Part shown: piece after piece, positions 25,907 through 34,251 of the stretch
Numbering within the stretch: the stretch's first letter is position 1
Layout of the letters: each line of letters begins with the position of its first letter
NCBI GenBank assembly: GCA_021817065.1
Contig: JAKAWH010000001.1
Location: 8,917 to 72,916 of the forward strand
Source: Actinomycetes bacterium
Lineage (GTDB): Bacteria; Actinomycetota; Acidimicrobiia; Acidimicrobiales; JAKAVM01
Direction of reading: 5' to 3'
DNA length: 64,000 nt
Notes under the pieces: generated by a model
Database searches by the model: none
Told to the model about the DNA's origin: nothing
Seen by the model: only the letters and a program-made list of their open reading frames with translations
Made by a program: the position numbers and the translations under genes

Positions 25907-28900
25907 GTGAACGTGTCGAATGCCCATCCCGGCCGGGCGAAGGTGGCCGTGGTGCCCTACGGCCCCGAGGCCCTCCGGGCGCTGAACCGTTTCATCTCGG
26001 AGGCCAAGATCACCGATCCGCTCGCCCCGGTCACCGTGGTGGTCGAACGGGGGGTGGTCGGGCTGGCGGTGCGGCGTCTCCTGGCATCCGGATGGGCCGG
26101 CGGCGGGAGCCAAGGCGGTGCCTGCGGTGGCGCCGGGGCCGGTATCGCCAACGTGTCCTTCGTCCCCCCTGCTCACCTTGCCGAGCAATTGGCCGGTCCG
26201 GCCATGTCGCTTTCTGGCAGGGTGCCCCTTGACGATGTGATCCTCCAGGGCGTGGTCCGTTCGGTGCTCGGAGAACGAAGGGGGGGACGGTTGGCCGGCT
26301 CAGCCCATCACACCGCTACGGTCCGCTCGGTCGCAGCCACATATCGCGATCTCCGTGACGTGCCCGGTGGGGCGCTCGACAGGCTCGCCGGCCATGGATC
26401 ACGAGCATCCGAAGTGGCCGAGGTGGTTCGAGCGATCCGGGAGCAGGTGGAGCCCCACTTCTACGACCAACGGGACCTTTTCGACCTTGCACGCGAGGTC
26501 GTCGATGGCACGCCCGACCTTGCTGCCGCGGTGGGGGCGGTCGCCTGGTACCTGCCGACCTCCCTCCCCCCGCACGAGAGGGAATTGCTGGAGGCTTTGG
26601 CCGCTAAGAGGTCATGTGTCGTCTTCATCGGATCGACCGGCGATCCCCGTGCCGACCGGGAGGGACTGGACCTCGCGAACAAGCTGGCCGGCGGTGACTC
26701 GCCTTTTTCGATCTCTCTTCCCGAGCGGGTCGTCGCTGCGAGCTCGGTGGTGAGCGCTCCGTCAGCCGATGCAGAAGTACACCACGCGGTGCGGACGGCC
26801 GTGGAGCACAATGGCGCGGGAGTTCCTCTCGAACGGATCGCGATCGCTTATTCGACCGATGATCCCTACGGGCGTCTCCTGCGTGATCGGCTGCACGGGG
26901 CCGGCATTCCTTTCCACGGTGGTCCCCGGTCGCCCTTGGGGGGCAGTGTTGCCGGGCGGACCTTGCTAGGACTTGTGACCTTGCTGGAGGAGGGGTGGGA
27001 AGAGCCGGCCGCCTCCTCCTGGGCTTCGGTCAATCCCGTCCGGTTCGATCTGCTCGCCTCCCTCCCAGAGGTGGCTTCCCGCCAGACTGCTCGGTGCGCC
27101 GAACTGGATCGTGAGCGTCGGTGGGGTGGATGGTCACGGTGGGCGACAGGGGTACTCCACGAGTACCTGGGCAACGACGCGGAACGACTCGACTGGCCGG
27201 TCGAGGAGACCGAGGCGTTCAACTCGGTGGTTCAGTTGCTCGCGACCATGGCGAGGCTGGACGGCATGGAAGGAGGACCCGGTCTGGGGGAGTTCCGGGT
27301 GGCACTCGGGACGGCCTTGGAGGATCCCGCTCCTCCGGTTTCCCGATTCGGCCATGGCGTATTCATAGGCACGATCTCCCAGTTGATCGGATTGCATTTC
27401 GAGGTGTGCTTGATGCTCGGGTTGCATGAAGGGGCATGGGGTGGTCGGCCCGGCGATGACCCCGTTCTCCCCGATCGCATTCGCGCGGCCGCTGATCTTC
27501 CCCTGCGAGGTACTCAGCCCGGGGACCGGGCGCGCCAGTTTCTCGCTGCACTCGCCGCGGCAGCCGAGTGCACGGTCTCTTTCTCTCGCGGAGACCAGCG
27601 CAGGGGACGCCTTCAGCGGCCATCGCGATTCTGGCTCGATTCGCTCGGAGCGGTTTCCGATTCGGATCGGCGTCTCTACAGCAGGGATATCGACTCAGTT
27701 CTTCCCTCCGGGAAGTACCGGGTGATCCACTCGCTGGTCGACTCGGTGGGGAGGAGAGGCCAAGCGATCGATCCCTCCGATTACGACACGCGGAGCCTCC
27801 TGTCATGGGTCGGGTCGGGTACAAAGATCGATCGTCACCCGTTGTGGAGTTCGGATCCGGTACTTGTCTCTGTAGTGGAGACGCGGCGCGCTCGGCGATC
27901 GTTGAGATTCACCCGTTTCGACGGCTTTGCAGATTCGCTCGGGATACCTACTCCGTCGGGAGGTGTGGCACAGTCGGCAACCCGCCTTCAGGAATATGCG
28001 CAGTGCCCTCGCCGGTACCTGTTCTCCACGGTGCTGGGGCTCCAGGAGCCGGAGGAGTCCGGTGCCGCTTATCGGATGAGCCCGCGCGACCGGGGGACCG
28101 TCGTGCATCGCATCCTGGAAGAGTTCCTCCGAGACCAGGTCCGTCTGCCGGTCGGGGAGCGGATCGCCCCCACCCGGCCGTGGGCGGACGCCGATCGGGA
28201 GCGCCTCCTCGCCATAGCCAGGCGGGTGTTCGCCGCGTGCGAACGGGAGGGTCTTACTGGTCGGCATGTCTTCTGGCAGGTGGATCGGGCGGGGATCGAA
28301 TGGGACCTGGTCGCGTTCCTCCGCAGCGACTCGGAGTACCGTGCCGCCCGGGGCGTCGTTCCCGACGCGGTGGAGCTTGCTTTCGGCCCGGAGCACCACC
28401 TACCAGTGGGGGTCGCTATGCCGGACGGCTCGTCGGTCATCTTGCGAGGTGTAATCGACCGGGTCGATCGGGGGGCGGATGGATCAACGGTAGTCATCGA
28501 CTACAAGTCAGGGCGTCCGCGGGAGATGGAAGAGCTGGCCACCGATCCTGTTGTGCGCGGGACCCAACTCCAGCTTCCGCTCTACGCGATGGCGGCGCGC
28601 CGGCGGGCCGGCGCCTCGACGATTCACGCCTTCTACTGGTTCGTTACCGAAGCCGGCGGATTCCGGATGTTCGGCTATCCGATCGACGAGGAGAGGATGG
28701 ACCGGTTCACCGGAGTATTGGGTTCGATCGTCGGCGGGATCGAGGCGGGACTTTTCCCGGCCCGTCCAGGGGCCGAAATGGGCAACTGCACCCACTGCCC
28801 GTTCGATACTCTGTGCCCCCCCGACCGGGTCCGCCAGTGGGAGGGCAAGCGGGACGACCCTCGCCTGGCGGGCTACCTGAATCTGGCCGAACCTCCAGCG

Positions 28901-28918
28901 CCCGAGGAAACCCCGTGA
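25907..28918 (+). CDS. AddB/AdnA-like helicase-nuclease subunit (inactive-helicase scaffold, PD-(D/E)XK nuclease, Fe-S cysteines)
   Basis: The C-terminal nuclease is GVIDRVDRG...VVIDYKSGR. Four Cys lie in the AddB-type arrangement (YAQCPRRYLF ... CTHCPFDTLCP). I saw no Walker A. The start was trimmed to the GTG at 25907 (or 25913), because the 25826 start overlaps the divergent MFS gene. Confidence 0.75.
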   Translation: MNVSNAHPGRAKVAVVPYGPEALRALNRFISEAKITDPLAPVTVVVERGVVGLAVRRLLASGWAGGGSQGGACGGAGAGIANVSFVPPAHLAEQLAGPAMSLSGRVPLDDVILQGVVRSVLGERRGGRLAGSAHHTATVRSVAATYRDLRDVPGGALDRLAGHGSRASEVAEVVRAIREQVEPHFYDQRDLFDLAREVVDGTPDLAAAVGAVAWYLPTSLPPHERELLEALAAKRSCVVFIGSTGDPRADREGLDLANKLAGGDSPFSISLPERVVAASSVVSAPSADAEVHHAVRTAVEHNGAGVPLERIAIAYSTDDPYGRLLRDRLHGAGIPFHGGPRSPLGGSVAGRTLLGLVTLLEEGWEEPAASSWASVNPVRFDLLASLPEVASRQTARCAELDRERRWGGWSRWATGVLHEYLGNDAERLDWPVEETEAFNSVVQLLATMARLDGMEGGPGLGEFRVALGTALEDPAPPVSRFGHGVFIGTISQLIGLHFEVCLMLGLHEGAWGGRPGDDPVLPDRIRAAADLPLRGTQPGDRARQFLAALAAAAECTVSFSRGDQRRGRLQRPSRFWLDSLGAVSDSDRRLYSRDIDSVLPSGKYRVIHSLVDSVGRRGQAIDPSDYDTRSLLSWVGSGTKIDRHPLWSSDPVLVSVVETRRARRSLRFTRFDGFADSLGIPTPSGGVAQSATRLQEYAQCPRRYLFSTVLGLQEPEESGAAYRMSPRDRGTVVHRILEEFLRDQVRLPVGERIAPTRPWADADRERLLAIARRVFAACEREGLTGRHVFWQVDRAGIEWDLVAFLRSDSEYRAARGVVPDAVELAFGPEHHLPVGVAMPDGSSVILRGVIDRVDRGADGSTVVIDYKSGRPREMEELATDPVVRGTQLQLPLYAMAARRRAGASTIHAFYWFVTEAGGFRMFGYPIDEERMDRFTGVLGSIVGGIEAGLFPARPGAEMGNCTHCPFDTLCPPDRVRQWEGKRDDPRLAGYLNLAEPPAPEETP

Positions 28919-28946
28919 CGGTCTCGCGCCGGCCCGAGGAGGTCGC

Positions 28947-31900
28947 GTGAGTAGAGGTGACATCCCTTCGGCGGGGATCGCGGATGCGGGTTCCGACGTG
29001 ACCGTTCGGCAGCGCATCGTGGAATCTCTCGACGAGACCCTTTTCGTCGAGGCGGGTGCAGGTACCGGTAAGACCACCCAACTGGTCGGGCGTATCGTCG
29101 CCCTAATCGTCTCAGGTCGTGCCCGGATCGAGAACATCGCTGCGATCACGTTCACCGAGGCCGCGGCCTCGGAGCTTTCCGACCGAGTGTCCGAATCGCT
29201 GGAGAAGGTGGCGACCGGAGCCTTTGCACTGGATCCGGTCGCGGCGAGAGCCGGCACTTCCCACATGTCGTCCGAAATAGCAGGCGTCCACCAGGACAGA
29301 GCCGCGGCCGCACTCGAAGCGCTCGACGGCGCCACCATAACGACCCTGCACGGGTTTGCGCGCCGCATACTGTCCGAACATTCCTTCGAGGCGGGACTGC
29401 CTCCTGTATTCGAGGTCTTCGACGAGTTGCGTTCGGAAGTCGAGTTCGAACGGCGTTGGGAGCGGTTCCTGGATCGGCTTCTCGACAGCGAGCGCTTCCA
29501 GCACTCCCTTGTGCGCGCCGCTCTCTGGGGCGTGAGCGTCGACCATCTGCGAACGATCGCTCGACATTTCGATCAGGCTTTGGATCTCCTTTCCGACGTA
29601 GAGATCCGCTCGCCGGGATCGCGTTCGGTGTCGGCTCTAGGTGTTCTCGCTTCTCTCGATGAGGCTGCTGCACTCGCGGACTCGTGCACCGATGCCGAGG
29701 ACCTCCTCTTCCGGCACGTGGTGAGTTTGGCGGGATACCGCGACCGCCTCCGCTCGGCTTCCGGTGACATCGAGGTTCTGATGTGCCTCGCCTCCGCCCC
29801 GAAATTGACTCACGGGCGCGGGCGGAAGGAGAACTGGTCCGGCAGGGTGACCGAGGTCCGCGAGGCGCTCGGCCGCGCCGAGGAGGAGCGCACCTCCCTT
29901 CTGCGGACGATCGGTGGGGACGCGATGGCAGAGCTGATGGGGGAGATCCGCCGTTTCACTCTCGATTCGGCTGCCGAACGAAGGAGCGAGGGACGTCTCG
30001 GGTTCCACGACCTCCTCGTGCAGGCACGCGAGCTGGTCCGCCGCTCGGCGGAGGTCCGTTCGGTGCTCCACGAGCAGTACCGCTACCTGTTGATCGACGA
30101 GTTCCAGGATACCGATCCGATCCAGGCAGAACTGGCGATGAGAATCGCTGCGGGAACCAGTGAACCGGTGGACGGGCATTGGTGGGATCTGGAGCCCGAA
30201 CCGGGAAGGCTCTTTTTCGTCGGAGATCCGAAGCAGTCCATCTACCGGTTCCGCAGGGCCGACGTAGCTCTCTACCTAAGGGCCCGTGACCGATTCCGAG
30301 CAGGTTCGCAAAATCTGGTGCGGAACCACCGATCGGTTCCCGGTCTGCTTGCCTGGTTGAACGCCGTGTTCGGACAGCTCATCGGTGATGGCGATGCAGA
30401 GGGACAGCCGGCCTATGTCGGTCTCGGGGAGCACCGGACCGCACCAGGAGGAGCAATGGCGCGCCCGCCGGTAGTCCTGCTGGGCGGCCCGGTCGGGGGC
30501 TCTGCCGATGAGGTGAGGAGGGAAGAGGCCGCCTCTGTCGCTTCGACCATTGTGAGGGCCAAGCTGGAGGGCTGGCCGGTGGGGGACGATGGTCGGCCCG
30601 CCTGTTTCGGGGATATCTGTGTCCTGCTGCCCTCCCGCACCGCCCTGCCCGCGCTCGAAGAAGAGCTAGGCCGGGCTGGGATCCCCTACCGGCTGGAAGC
30701 GAGCACTCTCGTCTACAGCTCCGCCGATATCACCGAGATCCTGCTCGTCTTACGTGCCGTGGATGATCCCGGCGACGAGCGCGTGGTGGTCGGCGCGCTC
30801 CGGACCAGTATTCTCGGATGCGGCGACGACGACCTGGTGCGTTTCCGGGCTGCTGGGGGGGGATGGGACTACCGAATGACTCCCCCGGCAGTTCTCGGAC
30901 CGGATGATCCGGTGGCCGTGGCGATGGGAGAGCTGGGTGCGTTGCACCGTGCCGCGTACTGGCGGGAGCCCTCCCAGCTCATCGAGACCATTCTCGATCG
31001 CCGGCGCCTGCTCGCCGCGGCCCTCGACGGTGCCCGATTCCGGGAGCGTTGGCGCCGCTTGCGATTCGTGGCCGACCAGGCCCGTTGGTACGCCGAGGCA
31101 GTCGGTGGAACCCTGCGCGACTACCTGGTGTGGGCCTCCCGGCAATCCGAAGATGGGGTCCGGGTCGACGAAGCGATACTTCCCGAATCCGACGACGATG
31201 CGGTTCGGGTGATGACCATCCACAAGTCCAAGGGAATGGAGTTCCCAATCGTCGTGCTTGCTGGGCTCAATGCTCTACCGTATGTGTCCCGTGGCCCTCG
31301 GGTCCTGTGGGGCCCCGATGGGCCGGAGGTGCGGGTGAAGGAGGGAGTCGCCACTGCCGGCTTCGAGGTGCTCGCCCTGCGCGAGAAGGAGCTCGATCGC
31401 TTCGAGAAGGTTCGTCTTCTCTATGTTGCCGCCACCCGAGCCCGCGACCATCTCGTCCTTTCCCTTTATCACCGGTCGGGGATCGACTGCCCGGCCGCAT
31501 TGCTGTCGGAGGCGTGCAGGGGAGTGCCCGAGCAGTGTCTCCGGCTGGAGGATGTCCTGACGGAACCCGATTTCTCCGGGACCGAGGAAGGTAAGCCACC
31601 ACCTCTCGACGCATCCGACGATGACTTCCCCGCGAGGGCCGGATGGATCGCCGAGCGCGCACGGCGCCTTGAGGACGGGTCGATTCCCGGGGTGGTCTCC
31701 GCTACCGCCATTGCCGCATTGGTCTCACGGCGGGTGTCGTCCGCTCCGGGTACATACGAGGAGCGAGCGTCCTCACCCGGGGGGGAGGCAGTCGATGCCC
31801 ACGGCTACCTTTCTTCCGGAGAAGAGCAGGTGGCCGATGCCGTGCCTTGGCGGCGCGGGCGTTCTGGAACCGCCATCGGGCGTGCGGTGCATGGGGTTCT

Positions 31901-32420
31901 GCAGTCGGTGGACCTCGCCACCGGGGCTGGGATCGATGGGTTGTCTCGCGCCCAAGCTCTTGCCGAGGGAGTGGGTGCCAGGGTCGGGGAAGTGGATCGA
32001 CTGGTGCGGGCCGCTCTCGCGTCGCCTCTCATCCGTGAGGTGTGTTCACGCCGGTTCTGGCGTGAGGTCTATGTCGGAGCTCCAGTCGGCGAGCGGGTGG
32101 TCGAGGGTTTCATCGACCTCCTGGTCGAAGATCACGACGGCTACCACGTGATCGACTACAAGACCGGCGCCGGGTGGGACGGGGGCGACCTCGATCGGGC
32201 TCTGGCCCGCTACCGGCCACAGGGTGCCGCCTATGCGCTGGCGGTCGAGGCCGCACTGGGGCGGCCGGTCAACCGCTGCACTTTTCTCTTCCTGGGAGCA
32301 GGCGACCCGGAGGGCGGGGGGGACATAGCAATCGCGCGGGAGATCATGGACCTCCCGGTGGCCAAGGAGGAGGTGCGGAGCCTGTTGGGGGCTCACCAGG
32401 GTTGGGGCTCGGTAAGCTGA
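28947..32420 (+). CDS. AddA/AdnB-like UvrD-family helicase with C-terminal RecB-type nuclease
   Basis: Walker A EAGAGTGKTTQLV, motif II LLIDEFQDTDP, FFVGDPKQSIYRFRRAD, TIHKSKGMEFP, YVAATRARD, and C-terminal nuclease GFIDLLVED...VIDYKTG. Confidence 0.85.
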   Translation: MSRGDIPSAGIADAGSDVTVRQRIVESLDETLFVEAGAGTGKTTQLVGRIVALIVSGRARIENIAAITFTEAAASELSDRVSESLEKVATGAFALDPVAARAGTSHMSSEIAGVHQDRAAAALEALDGATITTLHGFARRILSEHSFEAGLPPVFEVFDELRSEVEFERRWERFLDRLLDSERFQHSLVRAALWGVSVDHLRTIARHFDQALDLLSDVEIRSPGSRSVSALGVLASLDEAAALADSCTDAEDLLFRHVVSLAGYRDRLRSASGDIEVLMCLASAPKLTHGRGRKENWSGRVTEVREALGRAEEERTSLLRTIGGDAMAELMGEIRRFTLDSAAERRSEGRLGFHDLLVQARELVRRSAEVRSVLHEQYRYLLIDEFQDTDPIQAELAMRIAAGTSEPVDGHWWDLEPEPGRLFFVGDPKQSIYRFRRADVALYLRARDRFRAGSQNLVRNHRSVPGLLAWLNAVFGQLIGDGDAEGQPAYVGLGEHRTAPGGAMARPPVVLLGGPVGGSADEVRREEAASVASTIVRAKLEGWPVGDDGRPACFGDICVLLPSRTALPALEEELGRAGIPYRLEASTLVYSSADITEILLVLRAVDDPGDERVVVGALRTSILGCGDDDLVRFRAAGGGWDYRMTPPAVLGPDDPVAVAMGELGALHRAAYWREPSQLIETILDRRRLLAAALDGARFRERWRRLRFVADQARWYAEAVGGTLRDYLVWASRQSEDGVRVDEAILPESDDDAVRVMTIHKSKGMEFPIVVLAGLNALPYVSRGPRVLWGPDGPEVRVKEGVATAGFEVLALREKELDRFEKVRLLYVAATRARDHLVLSLYHRSGIDCPAALLSEACRGVPEQCLRLEDVLTEPDFSGTEEGKPPPLDASDDDFPARAGWIAERARRLEDGSIPGVVSATAIAALVSRRVSSAPGTYEERASSPGGEAVDAHGYLSSGEEQVADAVPWRRGRSGTAIGRAVHGVLQSVDLATGAGIDGLSRAQALAEGVGARVGEVDRLVRAALASPLIREVCSRRFWREVYVGAPVGERVVEGFIDLLVEDHDGYHVIDYKTGAGWDGGDLDRALARYRPQGAAYALAVEAALGRPVNRCTFLFLGAGDPEGGGDIAIAREIMDLPVAKEEVRSLLGAHQGWGSVS

Positions 32421-32519
32421 CCATTGCCATCCGAAGGGGTCCTCGGTTCCTTGGGTGCCTCGCTACCGGGGGGTCGCCGGAACCGATCCGGCATCGACGA
32501 TGAGGAAAGGGAGATTCAT

Positions 32520-33131
32520 ATGAACATCAAGCCCGTTTCGATGGTCGCCGTCCTTGCGGTTGCTGCATCCCTGTCTGCGTGCTCATCCTCCAACCCGCCC
32601 GGGAACGGGAAGAGCAAGGCTCCCCCTGGCAACGGGACCACCGCTACTGTGGCATCTCCCTCTTCGTCTGCCCCGGTCCCTGCTCATTCCTCTTCGTCTG
32701 CCCCGGTCCCTGCTCAGACTGGTGGACCATCGGACACCTTGGTCGTCAACTCCGCCGACAAGCAGGCTACGGTCTACGTGGTCGCCGGGAAGGGAGGAGG
32801 TCTGAATTTCGACGGCGACCAGAACGGCAAGCTGACCGTCACTGTTCCCGCCGGCTGGCAGATCACCGTCGAATGCCACGACGGAGCATCGATTCCCCAT
32901 AGCTGCGCGATCGTCTCCGGGGGAGATTCCACCACCCCTGCCTTTCCCGGCGCAGAGACCCTTCAGCCGTTTTCCGGGATCGCACCCGGCCAGACCGAAG
33001 CATTCGCTTTCACCGCCACTACCGTGGGGACCTACCGGTTGGTCTGCCTGGTCCCCGGTCATGAGTCCGCGGGAATGTGGGGGACATTCATAGTCTCGGC
33101 TTCTGCCTCCGCACCGACCATCACGAGCTGA
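32520..33131 (+). CDS. type-1 (blue) copper cupredoxin lipoprotein, sulfocyanin/rusticyanin-like
   Basis: SD GGAAAGGGAG is followed by ATG. Lipobox MVAVLAVAASLSAC. Linker with duplicated SSSAPVPA. Copper ligands are His in IPHSCAIV and the C-terminal loop C-LVPG-H-ESAG-M (C-x4-H-x4-M), followed by WGTFIV. Confidence 0.8.
   Translation: MNIKPVSMVAVLAVAASLSACSSSNPPGNGKSKAPPGNGTTATVASPSSSAPVPAHSSSSAPVPAQTGGPSDTLVVNSADKQATVYVVAGKGGGLNFDGDQNGKLTVTVPAGWQITVECHDGASIPHSCAIVSGGDSTTPAFPGAETLQPFSGIAPGQTEAFAFTATTVGTYRLVCLVPGHESAGMWGTFIVSASASAPTITS
32659..32718. repeat. 30-bp tandem duplication inside the cupredoxin linker
   Basis: cctcttcgtctgccccggtccctgctca occurs twice with period 30. It encodes SSSAPVPAH/SSSAPVPAQ. 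Confidence 0.9.
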
Positions 33132-33201
33132 ACTCCTGCTCCGCGGGTCGGAGCCGGTGGCCGGTGAAACACTTGCCCGCGATACCGCATACATTCGGTG
33201 T

Positions 33202-34233
33202 ATGCGCATTGCCCAGATCGCTCCTCCCTGGTTCCCGGTTCCCCCCACCGGCTACGGGGGGATCGAGTTGATGGTCGCCCTCCTTTCGGACGGCCTGGTG
33301 GAGCGGGGACACCAGGTGACCCTGTTCGCCTCCGGTGGCTCATCCTCGAAGGCCACGGTGTCATCCCCTTTGGACGAGCCGCCCGATCCGGCAATCCTGG
33401 GGGACGTTTGGTCCGATACCTTTCACGCCCTGTCGTCCTACCTGGCGATCCGTCATGGCGACTTCGACGTCGTGCACGACCATTCGGGGATCATCGGCCC
33501 GGCGATGGCGTCGATCCGGCCTTCTGGTCCCCCGGTGGTCCACACTTTGCACGGGCCGTGGACCGAGGCCGGTCGTCGCATGTACGGACTGATCGACTCG
33601 TACGTCCAACTGGTGGCGATCGCGGGTACACAGAGAGCCGACAATCCAGCGGTACGGTACGCCCGGACCATTCACAACGGGATTGACACGTCGACATACG
33701 AGTATCGCGAGAAGAAGGATGACTACCTCGTCTACATCGGCCGCGCCAATCCCGATAAGGGGCCGGCAACGGCGATCGAGGTCGCCAAGCGCGTGGGTCT
33801 CCCCCTCAAGATGATCGTGAAGCGTAACGAGCCGCCAGAAAGGCTCTATTGGGCCGAGAACGTCGTCCCGCTCCTCGATCATTCGATCGAGGTATTCGAG
33901 AACGTCCCGCATGCGGACAAGGTGGAGTTGCTTGCGGGAGCGCGGGCAATGGTGTTCCCCATCCAGTGGGCGGAGCCGTTCGGGCTGGTGATGGTGGAAG
34001 CGATGGCGTGTGGGACTCCGGTAGTTGCGGGGCGCTGGGGGGCTGCCGTTGAGGTCGTGTCTCACGGGGAGACCGGGTATCTGGCCGATGGAATCGAGGC
34101 GCTCCTCGACGCGATTGGCAAGGTCGACAGTATCGATCCTGCCGCCTGCCGCGATCGGGTGGAGCGCATGTTCTCGAAGGACACCATGGTCTCCGCGTAC
34201 GAGGAATTGTTCCGGGAGCTGGTGCCAGGCTGA
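33202..34233 (+). CDS. glycosyltransferase family 4 (GT-B, group 1)
   Basis: MRIAQIAPPWFPVPPTGYGGIELMVALLSDGLVERGHQVTLFASGGS and a C-terminal EPFGLVMVEAMACGTPVV motif (E-x7-E region). Confidence 0.85.
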   Translation: MRIAQIAPPWFPVPPTGYGGIELMVALLSDGLVERGHQVTLFASGGSSSKATVSSPLDEPPDPAILGDVWSDTFHALSSYLAIRHGDFDVVHDHSGIIGPAMASIRPSGPPVVHTLHGPWTEAGRRMYGLIDSYVQLVAIAGTQRADNPAVRYARTIHNGIDTSTYEYREKKDDYLVYIGRANPDKGPATAIEVAKRVGLPLKMIVKRNEPPERLYWAENVVPLLDHSIEVFENVPHADKVELLAGARAMVFPIQWAEPFGLVMVEAMACGTPVVAGRWGAAVEVVSHGETGYLADGIEALLDAIGKVDSIDPAACRDRVERMFSKDTMVSAYEELFRELVPG

Positions 34234-34251
34234 CGATTGTGTCGCCCGCGA

